A stretch of DNA of 63,452 bases, filler included, from an uncultured Methanosarcinales archaeon (GTDB taxonomy: Archaea; Nanobdellota; Nanobdellia; Woesearchaeales; B54-G15): assembly GCA_964519225.1 (NCBI GenBank). It is 3 parts of 3 records of this genome, joined end to end, with 100 filler letters (N's around TTAATTAATTAA, not from the genome) between each part and the next. Parts side by side here need not be neighbours in the genome. Positions count along the whole stretch, not along the records: positions 26,003 to 51,094 come from CAZFJK010000013.1; 2 more parts are not named here. One strand, 5' to 3'. Made by a program: the position numbers and the translations under genes. This document shows positions 26,003 through 36,698 of the stretch, piece by piece (the first letter of the stretch is position 1; each line of letters starts with the position of its first letter). Below the pieces are notes generated by a model, which was not told the origin of the DNA, ran no database searches, and saw only the letters and a program-made list of their open reading frames with translations.

Positions 26003-26003
26003 A

Positions 26004-26077
26004 CGGGCCCGCCCGGATTTGAACCGGGGTCTGGTGGTCCGAAGCCACCCGTCCTATCCAGGCTAGACTACGGGCCC
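26004..26077 (-). tRNA. tRNA-Arg(TCG)
   Basis: GGGCCCG..GGTGG-CTTCGGA-CCACC..TTCAAAT..CGGGCCC on the minus strand. Confidence 0.95.
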
Positions 26078-26159
26078 ACGAAAGAACAAACGTTTCTAAC
26101 TTATATATGTTGCGTTCAAAATATAAAAAACAAGAAAGAAAAACAAAGAATAAAAGCAC

Positions 26160-26444
26160 TTACTTTTTAGCTAAAGTTATCTCGATTGTACTTACTCTGA
26201 CTTGCTTTCCTTCTTTGTTTGTAAATTCCTCACTATCGATTTTTATGTCTTTTACTTCAACCTGTCCTTCAAGGAACCTCTTGCTCGCTACTTCAGCTAC
26301 ATCAACTGCTCTGCTGATGAACTTTCCTCTTGCCTTTACTACCACTTCATTTGCTCCCTTGGTAGTGAACTGCATCACTACTCCAGTTACATAGTTCATA
26401 AATGGCTTTCCACCAACAAAGATGGTGTTTTCTTCTTCTGGCAT
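26160..26444 (-). CDS. albA: DNA/RNA-binding protein Alba
   Basis: [35 protein letters not shown]. Confidence 0.97.
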   Translation of the reverse strand: MPEEENTIFVGGKPFMNYVTGVVMQFTTKGANEVVVKARGKFISRAVDVAEVASKRFLEGQVEVKDIKIDSEEFTNKEGKQVRVSTIEITLAKK

Positions 26445-26462
26445 TTTTTAGTTCACCTCCGT

Positions 26463-26660
26463 CTATTCTTTTTCTTTTTTTGCTTTAACCAATCTTGTTA
26501 CATAACCAGCTATAACATTTCTAAGTTTTTTATACTGAATATCAGTGAATTGAGCAACCAACTGTTTGTTTGTTTCAAAATCTGTTGTAAATTTATCTCC
26601 ATACAACTTCATTAAATCCTGTGTTATTCTTTTAATCAGTGCTGTTTTGATCCTGCCCAT
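26463..26660 (-). CDS. rps17e: 30S ribosomal protein S17e
   Basis: MGRIKT..FTTDFETNK..KKLRNVIAGYVTR. Confidence 0.96.
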   Translation of the reverse strand: MGRIKTALIKRITQDLMKLYGDKFTTDFETNKQLVAQFTDIQYKKLRNVIAGYVTRLVKAKKEKE

Positions 26661-26722
26661 TGTATTTAAACCTATTTATTTAATTTATTTTAACGCAAAC
26701 AAACTCGGTGAATTTAAAAATA

Positions 26723-27520
26723 TTACGGAAACGTCTTCTTGTTCATAGCTTCTGCTAATATTTGACTTCCAAGCAATATCGTTTTGCTATCTCTATCCTT
26801 TTCAGGAATGATCTCAACTAAATCAACAACTTTAATGTTCTTTAAAAGCAAGAACTTTCTTAACATAAATAACAACTCTCGTCCGCTCAAACCACCAACT
26901 TCAGGATAATGCACAGCAGGTGCGAATGCAGGATCAACTACATCTATGTCAATACTCAAATAGCATGCGTCCCAATTCCTTGCCTGTTCCATAACAGTAA
27001 AGCACGTTTCAGCTAAGCCGATATCATCCATCTTTTCAATATCAAAATACAAAATTCCTCTTGAGCGTAGAAATTCTTTCTCGTTCGTGCTCATGCTTCT
27101 TAATCCAACAAGAACGCATTGCTCAGCTCTGAGCAAACCATCGTTAATCAGTTTACGCAAAAAATCCTCATGACTTGCTAAGTCAGTTGTTTCTTCACAA
27201 TCAGGATGTGCGTCAAGCATAATCAAACCAGCATTGGAATGTCCGCTTAAAGCTTTAAAACAAGGATAGGTTATTGAGTGGTCACCTCCCAGAATAATTA
27301 TTTTTTCACTCTTTTCTAATTCTTTTTCTACTTCACTTTGAATTTGCTCAAAACTAGAACGAATATCACTATTATCAACATCGACTTTATTTACAATTAT
27401 TTCCTTAGAAAACATATTTCTCTTTAACCATTCTTTTAAAGCCGTAATCACAGCTTCACTTTTATCTGCTCCCCTTTTGCCAAGAGAACCACCACAAAAA
27501 GGAACATGCAAAATTCGCAT
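26723..27520 (-). CDS. Arginase/agmatinase family ureohydrolase
   Basis: LGGDHSIT, DAHPD, SIDIDVVDPAFAP. Confidence 0.92.
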   Translation of the reverse strand: MRILHVPFCGGSLGKRGADKSEAVITALKEWLKRNMFSKEIIVNKVDVDNSDIRSSFEQIQSEVEKELEKSEKIIILGGDHSITYPCFKALSGHSNAGLIMLDAHPDCEETTDLASHEDFLRKLINDGLLRAEQCVLVGLRSMSTNEKEFLRSRGILYFDIEKMDDIGLAETCFTVMEQARNWDACYLSIDIDVVDPAFAPAVHYPEVGGLSGRELLFMLRKFLLLKNIKVVDLVEIIPEKDRDSKTILLGSQILAEAMNKKTFP

Positions 27521-27629
27521 TAAAAAAGAAGAGAATATTTGTTTAAAAATTTAACTTATTATACCTAAAGCATAAAATACGCAAATATTAAATATTCGAA
27601 ATCCATTTTCTTAGTTGAGAGGTGGAATT

Positions 27630-27893
27630 ATGCCAGAAGAAAACCTCAAAAAAATAGGCACCATAACGCATTACTTTCCAAAAGTTAGTGCTGCAGTCAT
27701 TAAACTTGAAGCAGACCTGAAAGTCGGCGACAGGATCAAAATAAAAGGCCATGGAAAAGAATTCGAGCAAACAGTCGAAAGCATGCAGATAAACAGGCAA
27801 TCAATAGAACAGGCAACAGCCGGGCAAGAAATAGGTCTGAAAGTAGACCAGCCTGTAAAAGAAAAAGACGAGGTTTATAAGATAGAAGAATAA
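27630..27893 (+). CDS. Small EF-Tu domain-II-like beta-barrel protein
   Basis: IGTITHYFPKVSAAV..LKVGDRIKIKG..QTVESMQI..GQEIGLKV. Confidence 0.8.
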   Translation: MPEENLKKIGTITHYFPKVSAAVIKLEADLKVGDRIKIKGHGKEFEQTVESMQINRQSIEQATAGQEIGLKVDQPVKEKDEVYKIEE

Positions 27894-27922
27894 ATCGATA
27901 AAAATTCTCTTCTTTTATTTTT

Positions 27923-29614
27923 TTACATCCTCTCCACAGCATCAATACCAAGTAAATTTAAACCTGTTTTCAAAACCTTTCTTACGCATTCAATCAAATA
28001 GAGTCTTGCATTTCTAAGCTCAGGTTCAGCGTCTAGAATTCTGTGCGCGTGATAATACTCATTAAACGCTTGAGCAAGATCAAGAAGGTATCTGCATAAA
28101 AGATGAATTTTGTAATTTTCACCAGCCTCTTCAACAACAGCTGGAAACTTACTCAATAGCATAATCAATTTTTCTTCTTCCTTTTCTTTTAACAGTTCCA
28201 ATCGAGCCTCGGCTGGTAATCGTTCACTGAATTTCCTGAAAATAGAACAAATCCTTGCATAAGCGTATTGAACATAAGGTCCTGTTTCACCTTCAAAAGA
28301 AAGTGCTTTATCCCAATCAAAAACAATATTCTTATTGTTCTCCCGCATTGTCATGCCGAACTTCAAAGCAGAAAAAGCAATCTTCTTTTTCAGCTTAGGA
28401 ATTTCCTCTTCAGGAACAAGTTTTCTTGCCCTAATCTCTTCTTCAGCTTTCTTGTATAATCTGTCCATTAGATCATCGTATAACACAATGGTTCCTTCTC
28501 TGCTGCTCATTCTTCCTTCAGGAAGCATAACCAATCCATAGCTAAGATGATAGCATTTCTTTGCCTGCTTGAATCCCATCAATTCAAGTGTTTTGAAAAG
28601 TTGTTTAAAATAAAGTTCCTGTTCACTTCCAACAACATAAATACTTCTATCAATTTTATAGCGTTCAAATTTGATCTTAGCCAGAGCAATATCTTTTGTT
28701 GAATAAAGCGGAACACCATCACTCCTAAGCAAGAGAAACACCCCAAGTCCGTACTTCTTCAAATCCATGATTATCGCTCCTTCACTTTTCTTTGCAATAC
28801 CTTTCTGCAGAAGCTCAAGAACAATCTCTTTTCCTATCTTTTCTACATCGCTTTCAAAAAACAAAACATCGAACTTCACTCCAAAGTCTTTATAGATTTT
28901 TTCAAAATCTTCCAAACACCACTGCCTTGTTTGCCGCCATAACTCAACCAGCTTAGGATCGCCCTCATACAGCTTTTTTGTCATCTCCCTGATTTCAGCC
29001 TCAAGCTTCTCATTTCCGCTGATTAGTTTGTTTGCTCTTGCATAGATTTCTCCTAACCATCTCAAGCGATTTTCTTTAGGCGGTTTTTCATTAAAATGCA
29101 TAATCCCCCACAAACACTTTACAACATGAGGTCCTATGTCGCCTTGATAATTTGCCCTTATCACTTTATAGCCAAGAAACTCAAGAATATTTGAAAGTGC
29201 TATGCCTAAACACATATTTCTTACATGACCGATATGCACAGCTTTATGCGTATTTGCTTGAAAAAATTCAACCATAACGCGCTCTTTTTTGCCAGCGCCC
29301 TTTCCGAAGTCTTCATTAGCAAATATCAAAGGAAGCAGTTGCTTTGCGACATACTGCTTATTTACAAAAATATTCAGGTAAGGCCCAACAGCTTTAACTT
29401 CTTTTATAATACAATCTTCAGGAAGCTTTGAAAGTTTTTCAGCAAATAGTTTTGCTGTCTCCACAGGATTAACTCCGGTTTTTTCAGCAAACTTAAAACA
29501 AGGCAGTGCAAAATCCCCAAATTCTTCACTCGGCGGAATATCCAATTCAAGTTCAGACTTTCTAAGTTTAAGATGCTTTACAAGAAAAGTCTTTACTTCA
29601 TTAGCAATATCCAT
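27923..29614 (-). CDS. argS: Arginine--tRNA ligase
   Basis: HIGH, RMSSREG, FEGETGPYVQYAYARI, DALR domain. Confidence 0.97.
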   Translation of the reverse strand: MDIANEVKTFLVKHLKLRKSELELDIPPSEEFGDFALPCFKFAEKTGVNPVETAKLFAEKLSKLPEDCIIKEVKAVGPYLNIFVNKQYVAKQLLPLIFANEDFGKGAGKKERVMVEFFQANTHKAVHIGHVRNMCLGIALSNILEFLGYKVIRANYQGDIGPHVVKCLWGIMHFNEKPPKENRLRWLGEIYARANKLISGNEKLEAEIREMTKKLYEGDPKLVELWRQTRQWCLEDFEKIYKDFGVKFDVLFFESDVEKIGKEIVLELLQKGIAKKSEGAIIMDLKKYGLGVFLLLRSDGVPLYSTKDIALAKIKFERYKIDRSIYVVGSEQELYFKQLFKTLELMGFKQAKKCYHLSYGLVMLPEGRMSSREGTIVLYDDLMDRLYKKAEEEIRARKLVPEEEIPKLKKKIAFSALKFGMTMRENNKNIVFDWDKALSFEGETGPYVQYAYARICSIFRKFSERLPAEARLELLKEKEEEKLIMLLSKFPAVVEEAGENYKIHLLCRYLLDLAQAFNEYYHAHRILDAEPELRNARLYLIECVRKVLKTGLNLLGIDAVERM

Positions 29615-29722
29615 GGGAAAAGGATATATGAGGGAGTATAAAAAGTTTCACTTTGGAACTTTGGAAAATTTCTTTCGAGCACCAATAAAAATAAAAATAG
29701 AAAATAAAGAAAAGATCAGAAA

Positions 29723-30040
29723 ATGTACCTTGGCAGACTTATCGAAGTTAAAAAACGCAACAGTGTCTTGCAGCTTAGGGCTGTAAATGAACGAGAAAAC
29801 CTCGAACACAGAGTTGTTTTCCTGCCTGTGCCGGAAAGAAACACAATCCCAAGAAAATATATAAGACAGCAAATAAGCATTTATGAAAAACTTGATGGAT
29901 GGGATATCCAGCTGGAACAAGTTTCAAATGACGAAAACATTTGTCCGCTCCAAAACATAACATTTATTAGAATCTATGCTTCGAATAAAATTCATAGAAC
30001 CCAGCGAACATTTCAGTTTCTCGAATATCCAAAACTTTAA
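29723..30040 (+). CDS. Hypothetical protein
   Basis: 105-aa ORF filling the intergenic gap; no family recognised. Confidence 0.4.
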   Translation: MYLGRLIEVKKRNSVLQLRAVNERENLEHRVVFLPVPERNTIPRKYIRQQISIYEKLDGWDIQLEQVSNDENICPLQNITFIRIYASNKIHRTQRTFQFLEYPKL

Positions 30041-30065
30041 TATACTTCTTTTCTAATCTCGAAAT

Positions 30066-30620
30066 ATGTTTTTTGATTTATCCCAGCTTAAACTTATTAG
30101 AAAGAAACTCAGGATAACTCAAGCAGAACTTGCTAAAAAAGCAGGAATCAGCCAAAGCATGATTGCAAAAATAGAAGCAGGAAGGTTAATTCCAACATTC
30201 ACAAAAGCAAAACGAATTTTCGAGGCATTAAAAAGCTTTGAACGAGGAAAAGAACTAAAAGCAGAAAATATAATGATTAAAAAATTCTACAAGATAGCCT
30301 CTTCGGACAAGTTAAGCCATGTCGTAAAATTAATGCAGAAGCACAACCTTAACAGCATTCTTGTTTTTGATAAAGACAAACCTGCAGGCCTGATAACAGA
30401 AAAAACCATTCTAAAAGCATTTGCCTATTTTGGAAAGAACTTATCCCAGATACAAGCAAAAGAGATAATGGAAGAAGCACCGCCAATAATAGCGAGAAAC
30501 ACACCAGTAGAAAAGATGTTTGACCTCTTCCAGCACTTTCCCATAATTCTGGTTGGCGACAAAGGAAAAGCAGAAGGTATTGTTACGAGAGCTTCATTCA
30601 TCTCTGTCCTCCATATATAG
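30066..30620 (+). CDS. XRE-HTH + CBS-pair transcriptional regulator
   Basis: ITQAELAKKAGISQSMIAKIEAG followed by two CBS repeats. Confidence 0.9.
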   Translation: MFFDLSQLKLIRKKLRITQAELAKKAGISQSMIAKIEAGRLIPTFTKAKRIFEALKSFERGKELKAENIMIKKFYKIASSDKLSHVVKLMQKHNLNSILVFDKDKPAGLITEKTILKAFAYFGKNLSQIQAKEIMEEAPPIIARNTPVEKMFDLFQHFPIILVGDKGKAEGIVTRASFISVLHI

Positions 30621-32082
30621 CACGTATAGCCCGATTGAAAAATTCTCCTAGGGACTTGTTTCCGTAGATTTTAAGATAAATCCTTTTTGCGGCTTCCTTA
30701 ATCTGCTCTGGTGTTAACCTGACGAATTGCTTAAGCAATTGACGACAATCATCTATTGAAAGTCGCTTCTTTCTGGGTTTGAATATGCTGTAATCAATGT
30801 TAGGATACAATTCAGGATGCTGAATAATATCTCCTAAAAGATGAGCTATCAAAACTCTTGCTGCATCCGTATGTTCATCAATAAATCCCTTTTTTTCAGC
30901 TCTAAGAAGCGCAAAAGCTTCTCCGAGTGCTTTCATATTCATTGGCATAGGAAGATGATACAATCGTGCAAGAAGCCCTCTTAGCTCCACATGAACATGA
31001 AGCAAAAGCCTTTCTTTTTTAGTCAAATTTTCTAAATTGATATCTTTAAAATCGTTTGCATGTTGAATTTCCTCAATATTTGTTTCCAGTTCTGCAAGTC
31101 TCACAAAACGCTCTTTAAATGTTTTAAAATCCTTATTGCTTATTTCTTTTAAGCCGATATACCTTAATGTTCTGGCTAATAGTAAATAAAAATTCGCTTT
31201 GTCTGTTCTTAAAATCGGATCAAACCTATTAGGATTACGAATGAGCTTTTCAAAGGCCGAACGTAACCTATTTATTCCTTCATAAACTCCTTTCGTCATC
31301 TCTTCAGCAACACAGGGATAGAATTCAATAGTCATTTTAGATGGTGTTTTTCTTTTCAGTAGAGCAGCGCCACCGATCTCTATGCCTAAATCTGTATATG
31401 CAGGAACTTTTGTCACTAAATATTCTGTAAATGATTTTATAATCGATTTTCCAAGTACAACTCTTTCTGCTTCAAACTCTTTTCCCCATAGTTTTACTTT
31501 CACACAGTCCTTTTTCAAAATTTTTCTTAAGCTATAATTAATAGGCAAATTCTGCTCACCGATATTGAAATGTTCAAAGAGCAAACCAAAATTACTAAAA
31601 TAATCCTTCAATTCTTTTGGAACTACCCCTCGATCCAAATCCTTTATATTACCTAAATGGTGCTTGGCAAGAAAATCCTTTAATGTCCTTTTCGCAACGA
31701 TATATTTTATCTTGAGTATTTCCTCAGAAAACCAGGGAAGTATCTCTGATAGTTTCATTGTTTCAACAGTTATTTCTATATCGCCATCTTTAGGAACGGT
31801 TCTAAAGAAACAAATTTCATCGGGCTCTCGTTCTCTGGATTTCCTGGCTTCTATAATCAAATCATAAAAAGAATAAGTATATGCTTTTAGATTTTCAATC
31901 AATGCTTCTAAAGTTCGATTTTTTCTTTCTCTCTTCTCTTCTGTCTTAACCAACATCCTATAAGCAGGAATATGCAAATGCCTGCTGCTGGTACAGCCAG
32001 AATTAGCACTAACAAATCCAAAAGCACCAGAACCAAGAACAAGATAAAACATGATGCGCATCAAATAATCCTTTATTCTCAT
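30598..32082 (-). CDS. Hypothetical exported/lipoprotein-like protein
   Basis: Likely start 32082 (ATGA overlap with the upstream gene); hydrophobic stretch ending ..SANSGC. Confidence 0.55.
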   Translation of the reverse strand: MRIKDYLMRIMFYLVLGSGAFGFVSANSGCTSSRHLHIPAYRMLVKTEEKRERKNRTLEALIENLKAYTYSFYDLIIEARKSREREPDEICFFRTVPKDGDIEITVETMKLSEILPWFSEEILKIKYIVAKRTLKDFLAKHHLGNIKDLDRGVVPKELKDYFSNFGLLFEHFNIGEQNLPINYSLRKILKKDCVKVKLWGKEFEAERVVLGKSIIKSFTEYLVTKVPAYTDLGIEIGGAALLKRKTPSKMTIEFYPCVAEEMTKGVYEGINRLRSAFEKLIRNPNRFDPILRTDKANFYLLLARTLRYIGLKEISNKDFKTFKERFVRLAELETNIEEIQHANDFKDINLENLTKKERLLLHVHVELRGLLARLYHLPMPMNMKALGEAFALLRAEKKGFIDEHTDAARVLIAHLLGDIIQHPELYPNIDYSIFKPRKKRLSIDDCRQLLKQFVRLTPEQIKEAAKRIYLKIYGNKSLGEFFNRAIRAIYGGQR

Positions 32083-32804
32083 TCTTTTATTCTCATAACG
32101 TTCTTTATTTTTCCGAAATAGTACGGTTGGTCTTCCACAATCCAAACCTTAAAATCTTCAATACCTTCCTGCAAATAAGGTGAGAGGAGATTTTCGCTCA
32201 GCAAATCAGTTCCTTCAACAACCTGAAGCAAAGAAGGTAAAACAACGAGTGCTTTTCCATTACTCTTGCCATACAGGAAACATTTAAATCTCTCAACCCT
32301 GCCGCCCTCGCGCAAGCTTATTGCAGGATGTTCGTGTGCAATTATAAGTGCTTTAACATTCTTTGGCGGTTTCTCAAATTTATGCCCGTGAGTAATAAAA
32401 TACTCACCGATTAAGGCATTTTCAATGATTTTAACGTTCTTCTTTTTTACAATAGGATTCAATATAGTATCGTGATTTCCTTTAACAATAACAAGTTCTC
32501 CATACGCTTTTAAAAAATCTATAAACTCTGATGCCTCAAACCATTCCTGTTTGCTTATATCGCCAAATTCGTGTTTCAAGTCGCCATTGAACACAATCCT
32601 TTCAACATCAAAATTAGAGAATATCTTTTCCAGCCTTTCCTTTATCAATTTTAAATTTATCCTTGGAACAAAAATCCCTTCTTCAGCTAAAGCATCTTCA
32701 TAGCCGAGATGGCTGTCGGCGATAAACAAGGTCTTTAGATTTGCAGAATACAGTCCTATATCAGCAATATACAGGTCATTGAATAATTTCACTCCTGTGT
32801 TCAT
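32079..32804 (-). CDS. ICC-like metallophosphoesterase (COG1407 type)
   Basis: ADSHLG, NGDLKH, KGNHD, THGH, AHEHP. Confidence 0.9.
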   Translation of the reverse strand: MNTGVKLFNDLYIADIGLYSANLKTLFIADSHLGYEDALAEEGIFVPRINLKLIKERLEKIFSNFDVERIVFNGDLKHEFGDISKQEWFEASEFIDFLKAYGELVIVKGNHDTILNPIVKKKNVKIIENALIGEYFITHGHKFEKPPKNVKALIIAHEHPAISLREGGRVERFKCFLYGKSNGKALVVLPSLLQVVEGTDLLSENLLSPYLQEGIEDFKVWIVEDQPYYFGKIKNVMRIKE

Positions 32805-34845
32805 TTTTCGTTACTCTTATTATATTATCAACAAAGCTTTCTATCTTTTTCTCATGGCTAACTATTATAACCTGCTCTGCATTCATTTGCTCTAAAACAT
32901 CCCTCATCTTATCTAGCTGCTCAGAACTGAACCCGTCTGTTGGTTCATCCAGAATTATTATATTTTTTGTTTTTATGACCATCAAATCATTTATTACTTT
33001 ATTTAAAGCCAGTCTATAAGCAAGTGCAGCCGCGGTTCTCTCGCCACCGCTTAAAAACTCGATATTAGTCTCATAACCGTTCTGCTCAATAACAGGGGTA
33101 AAATCTTCATCTATCCTTGCCTGCAGTTGCTCGTCTTCCACAAGCACATTAAACCACTCCCTAAAAAGAAGGTCAACCTCCTGCTGTGCTTTAGCCATGA
33201 TGTGCTGTTCAATTATTTCCATCAGAGGTATTAAAAAATCCTTTATCCATGTTGAAAGCCTGTTCAGTTTTTTAGCCAACTCTGCTTTTTCCCTCTTCTC
33301 GCAAATTATTCTTTCCAATTCTTTGATCTTGTTTTCAACAAATTGTTTTTCCTGTTTCTTTGTTTCGAATTTTGCAAGAGCATGCTTTTCCTTATCTAAA
33401 ATAGATTCAAATTCTTTTTTCGCCTCATTGTATTCGTTTTCTAATTCCTTTTTTGAATCGATTTTAGAACAAAGATTCCTAATTTCCTCATATAATTGCG
33501 ATGATTTTTTTAACAGGTCTGCTTTTAATTTTTTCAATTCGCTGATTTTCGTTTCAAGAAACTTAAGCAGCTCGAAATCCCTTGAGCGTTTTTCAGCTTC
33601 GATATACTTTACCCTCATCGAACTGATTTCCTGTTCCAAAACTTCTATTATTTTTTCATTATCTTTAACCTCTTTTTCTAACAGAGCAATTCTTTCATTT
33701 AAAACTTTGATTTTACTGTTCTCTCTATTAACAATTTCATCTTTGTGTTCCTTACTGACTTCCTGGTCGCAGAGAGGACATTTAGCCAATCTCAAAATCC
33801 TGTTTTTAACATCTTCCCTCTCTTTAATTTGGCTCTTCAAAGAAGAAATCTCCTCGCGCTTTTGTTGATTCGCTGCAAGCCTTTGTTTGAGTTCTTTTTC
33901 TTTAATCTTAAGCTCGTCTTGCAATGTCCTTGCATCATGAAGAGCAGCACCAGCCAATTCTCTTTTTATTTGCTCGTATTTCCTTGTAATTTCATTTAGT
34001 TCGGCGTCTCCTTTTTTAAGCGCTTCCTCATTTGCAGCATATTCGGTCCTTACTTTTGCAAGTAACTCTTTCGCTTTATTCAATTCTCTTATTTCATTTT
34101 CAAAATGCTCAAGGACTTTTTTCTTTTCATTCTTTAAACGCACAACCTCGTTTAGTTCTTTTTCAGAAACAGAGATATCACGTTCTATCTTTTGTCTTTT
34201 TTCCTTCAGCGAGTTTAGCTCCTTTTCTTTTTCTCCAAGATCCTTTGAAAGCTCTTCTAAGAGATTTATTCTGCCTTTTATTTCTTTCACTATCGTATTC
34301 GCGTTTCGAATCAGAAGCTCATATTTCTCAATTCCAAACACCTTCCTCAGAACCTTTTTTCTTTCTTCTGGACTCTCCAGCAAAATCATTTTCATCTCTT
34401 CCTGCGGCGTATAAACAGTATATCTATATACTAGATTCTTCCGCTTCTTAAGAAGGTCATTAGGATAACCTAACAACTTAAAGACTATTGCTTTCAATTC
34501 CTGCGGTGTTCCTATTTTTTTATTTCCGTCAATGATGATATACCCGCTCTCTTGTTGCGTTCCGTCATGCTGTGTTTTTCGTCCGCGCTTTAGTTCCCTT
34601 TTTATAATAACATCTTTTCCGTCAACTTCAAAATGCAGTTCAACGCTACCGCGATGCTTTCCATGTCTTAATAGTGCGCCTCCAGCTATGTTTCCCAAGC
34701 CGAACAAAGCAAATTCTATTGCTAATAAAATACTGCTCTTGCCGCTTCCGATATCTCCGGCTAGAAGTGTGCTGCCTTTAGAAAAATGAACAGTCGCATC
34801 AACGTAGCTCCTAATATTCTCTAAGCGAACTTTTTTAATCAGCAT
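32776..34845 (-). CDS. rad50: Rad50/SbcC-type SMC ATPase
   Basis: ENIRSY, GDIGSGKSS, Q-loop YTPQ, coiled coil with CPLC zinc hook, LSGGE, LDEPT, VSH. Confidence 0.9.
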   Translation of the reverse strand: MLIKKVRLENIRSYVDATVHFSKGSTLLAGDIGSGKSSILLAIEFALFGLGNIAGGALLRHGKHRGSVELHFEVDGKDVIIKRELKRGRKTQHDGTQQESGYIIIDGNKKIGTPQELKAIVFKLLGYPNDLLKKRKNLVYRYTVYTPQEEMKMILLESPEERKKVLRKVFGIEKYELLIRNANTIVKEIKGRINLLEELSKDLGEKEKELNSLKEKRQKIERDISVSEKELNEVVRLKNEKKKVLEHFENEIRELNKAKELLAKVRTEYAANEEALKKGDAELNEITRKYEQIKRELAGAALHDARTLQDELKIKEKELKQRLAANQQKREEISSLKSQIKEREDVKNRILRLAKCPLCDQEVSKEHKDEIVNRENSKIKVLNERIALLEKEVKDNEKIIEVLEQEISSMRVKYIEAEKRSRDFELLKFLETKISELKKLKADLLKKSSQLYEEIRNLCSKIDSKKELENEYNEAKKEFESILDKEKHALAKFETKKQEKQFVENKIKELERIICEKREKAELAKKLNRLSTWIKDFLIPLMEIIEQHIMAKAQQEVDLLFREWFNVLVEDEQLQARIDEDFTPVIEQNGYETNIEFLSGGERTAAALAYRLALNKVINDLMVIKTKNIIILDEPTDGFSSEQLDKMRDVLEQMNAEQVIIVSHEKKIESFVDNIIRVTKNEHRSEIIQ

Positions 34846-34913
34846 AGCCGATAGAAAGCGCGCCGCATATTAAAATTTTTATCAACTCGGCAAAATGCTT
34901 ATAACCTTATAAC

Positions 34914-36596
34914 TTAACGTTTCTTTAGCTCTTTTAAATGCCTTCTTTTATGCTTGAATATATTTTTAATATTTCTATCGGCTTCTTCTAAAACCAGAGC
35001 TACGTGCTTTCCGCTTAAATAGTGTGGCAGGATAACATAGTCTGCGCCAGCATCGTAAAGCTCAAGAGCCTCATCAGCATGACTTGCAGTAACTATAGCT
35101 ATAATCTTTTTATTAACACCTTTGGCTCTTCCAATCAAGAGCATGTTGTCTTCTGGATCTGGTATTGTTGAAACCAGAAATTGTGCCTGAGCAAAAGGCA
35201 ATCTTTCAATTAATTCAAGGTCGCCTATATCTCCATAAACACACGGCTGTTTCTGCCTGATGAAACGTTTAATTACTTCAGGATCAAAATCCACAACCAA
35301 AACATTCTTTTTCAGTTTCTTCAATGTTTTCAGTATGACACCACCCATTCGTCTGCATCCACAGAGCACTGCATCATAGCGTTTTATCGGGTAATATTCC
35401 AGTCTCTTCGGTCTTTTTCTTTCAAACAGCTTGGCAAAAGGCTTTAGCAGATGATAGAGTTTTTGATCATACGTAATCATATAGGTTGAAACAGTTATGG
35501 TAATTACGCCGACAAAAGCCACAATCGAAAATACTTTTTGAGTTATAATTCCAGCACCATAGGCAAAAGCAACCAAGATTAATGAAAATTCACTTATCTG
35601 AGCCAAGCTGATTCCTGTCAAAAAGGAAGTTCTTGCTTTGTAGCGAAATAAGCCCATCACTGCCTGAATGATGATCGGATTTCCGATTAAAACAAATAAA
35701 GAAAAGATAATTACTGGAATCAACACGCCTTTAAATGAACCAAAAGTCATTTCCATGCCGAGCGAGACAAAGAATATCGTAGCAAAGAAGTCCCTTAGAC
35801 TTCTCATCCTGCTTATTATTTCGATGTTATAAGGAAGATTAGCAAGCGAAACGCCCGCAAGAAAAGCACCAATAGCTATAGAAAAGCGAAAAGCATGGCT
35901 CAAGAGAGCAAGCAGAAAACACCAAGCAACTGAAAAAAGAAAAAGCAATTCTTGATTTTTTGCTATGAACCTAAACAAATACTTAAGAACATAAAAGCCT
36001 CCTGCAAAAGCGATTAATATCAAAGTCACTACTTTCATCAAAGCAAACGAGACAAAAACACCATTCGAACTTACACCTAAAATGCTCGTTTTTCCAGATA
36101 GTACAGTCAATAAAATGATTGCTACAAAATCCTGAACAAGCAGAACACCGAGGGCAGCTCTTCCGTGTAATGTATTAAGCTCGTTCTTATCCGATAAGAG
36201 CTTTACAACAATTACTGTGCTGCTGAAAGTAAGAGCTATTGCAATATAAAATGCCGCGGTAGATGAAAAGTGCAGCAATAAAGCTATAAAATATCCAATT
36301 AAAAAGGTAAAAAGAACTTGGCCAATGCCGACAGTAACTGAAATAATTCCAAGATGTCCTAAACGTTTGAGATCAAGCTCTAAACCTACGATAAAAAGCA
36401 TAAATGCTATTCCAATCTCTGAAAGCGTTAAGATATTTGCCTGGTCAGAAATGAGCTTTAGTCCTGCTGGTCCTAACACAATTCCAGCAAGCATGTACGC
36501 AAGAATAAGCGGTTGTTTGAAAAATCTCGCGATAAGAGCAAAAATCGCAGCAATTATAATTACCAGCCCGATGTCAAAAAAAAGATTTCCCGCCAT
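34914..36596 (-). CDS. Kef/CPA2-type cation:proton antiporter with TrkA-N (RCK) domain
   Basis: Multi-TM, FIVGLE, LTFSSTVIV, LLVQD, LRDFF, QISEFS; C-terminal VYGD..GADYVILP. Confidence 0.92.
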   Translation of the reverse strand: MAGNLFFDIGLVIIIAAIFALIARFFKQPLILAYMLAGIVLGPAGLKLISDQANILTLSEIGIAFMLFIVGLELDLKRLGHLGIISVTVGIGQVLFTFLIGYFIALLLHFSSTAAFYIAIALTFSSTVIVVKLLSDKNELNTLHGRAALGVLLVQDFVAIILLTVLSGKTSILGVSSNGVFVSFALMKVVTLILIAFAGGFYVLKYLFRFIAKNQELLFLFSVAWCFLLALLSHAFRFSIAIGAFLAGVSLANLPYNIEIISRMRSLRDFFATIFFVSLGMEMTFGSFKGVLIPVIIFSLFVLIGNPIIIQAVMGLFRYKARTSFLTGISLAQISEFSLILVAFAYGAGIITQKVFSIVAFVGVITITVSTYMITYDQKLYHLLKPFAKLFERKRPKRLEYYPIKRYDAVLCGCRRMGGVILKTLKKLKKNVLVVDFDPEVIKRFIRQKQPCVYGDIGDLELIERLPFAQAQFLVSTIPDPEDNMLLIGRAKGVNKKIIAIVTASHADEALELYDAGADYVILPHYLSGKHVALVLEEADRNIKNIFKHKRRHLKELKKR

Positions 36597-36698
36597 TTTC
36601 CTCTTTTTTGATTTTTCAAACAGAAACTTATGTTACTTAAAAAACTTTCTTTCGATATTTCGAAATCTTTATAAAAATAAAGAAAAAAATCCAATCAA

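Noticed and set aside
30598..32082. EIGG...HVH pattern as a JAB/MPN metalloprotease
   Set aside because: Spacing is too long and the downstream S..D residues are missing; not supportable without a profile search.
32069..32096. 14-bp tandem near-duplication (MRIKE*/MRIKD) at a gene junction as a target-site duplication
   Set aside because: The copies are adjacent rather than flanking an element, and I saw no matching copy at the far end of the downstream gene.
33197..33868. 223-aa antisense ORF inside rad50, and similar antisense ORFs elsewhere
   Set aside because: Low-complexity F/S/L-rich mirror of a Lys/Glu-rich coding strand.
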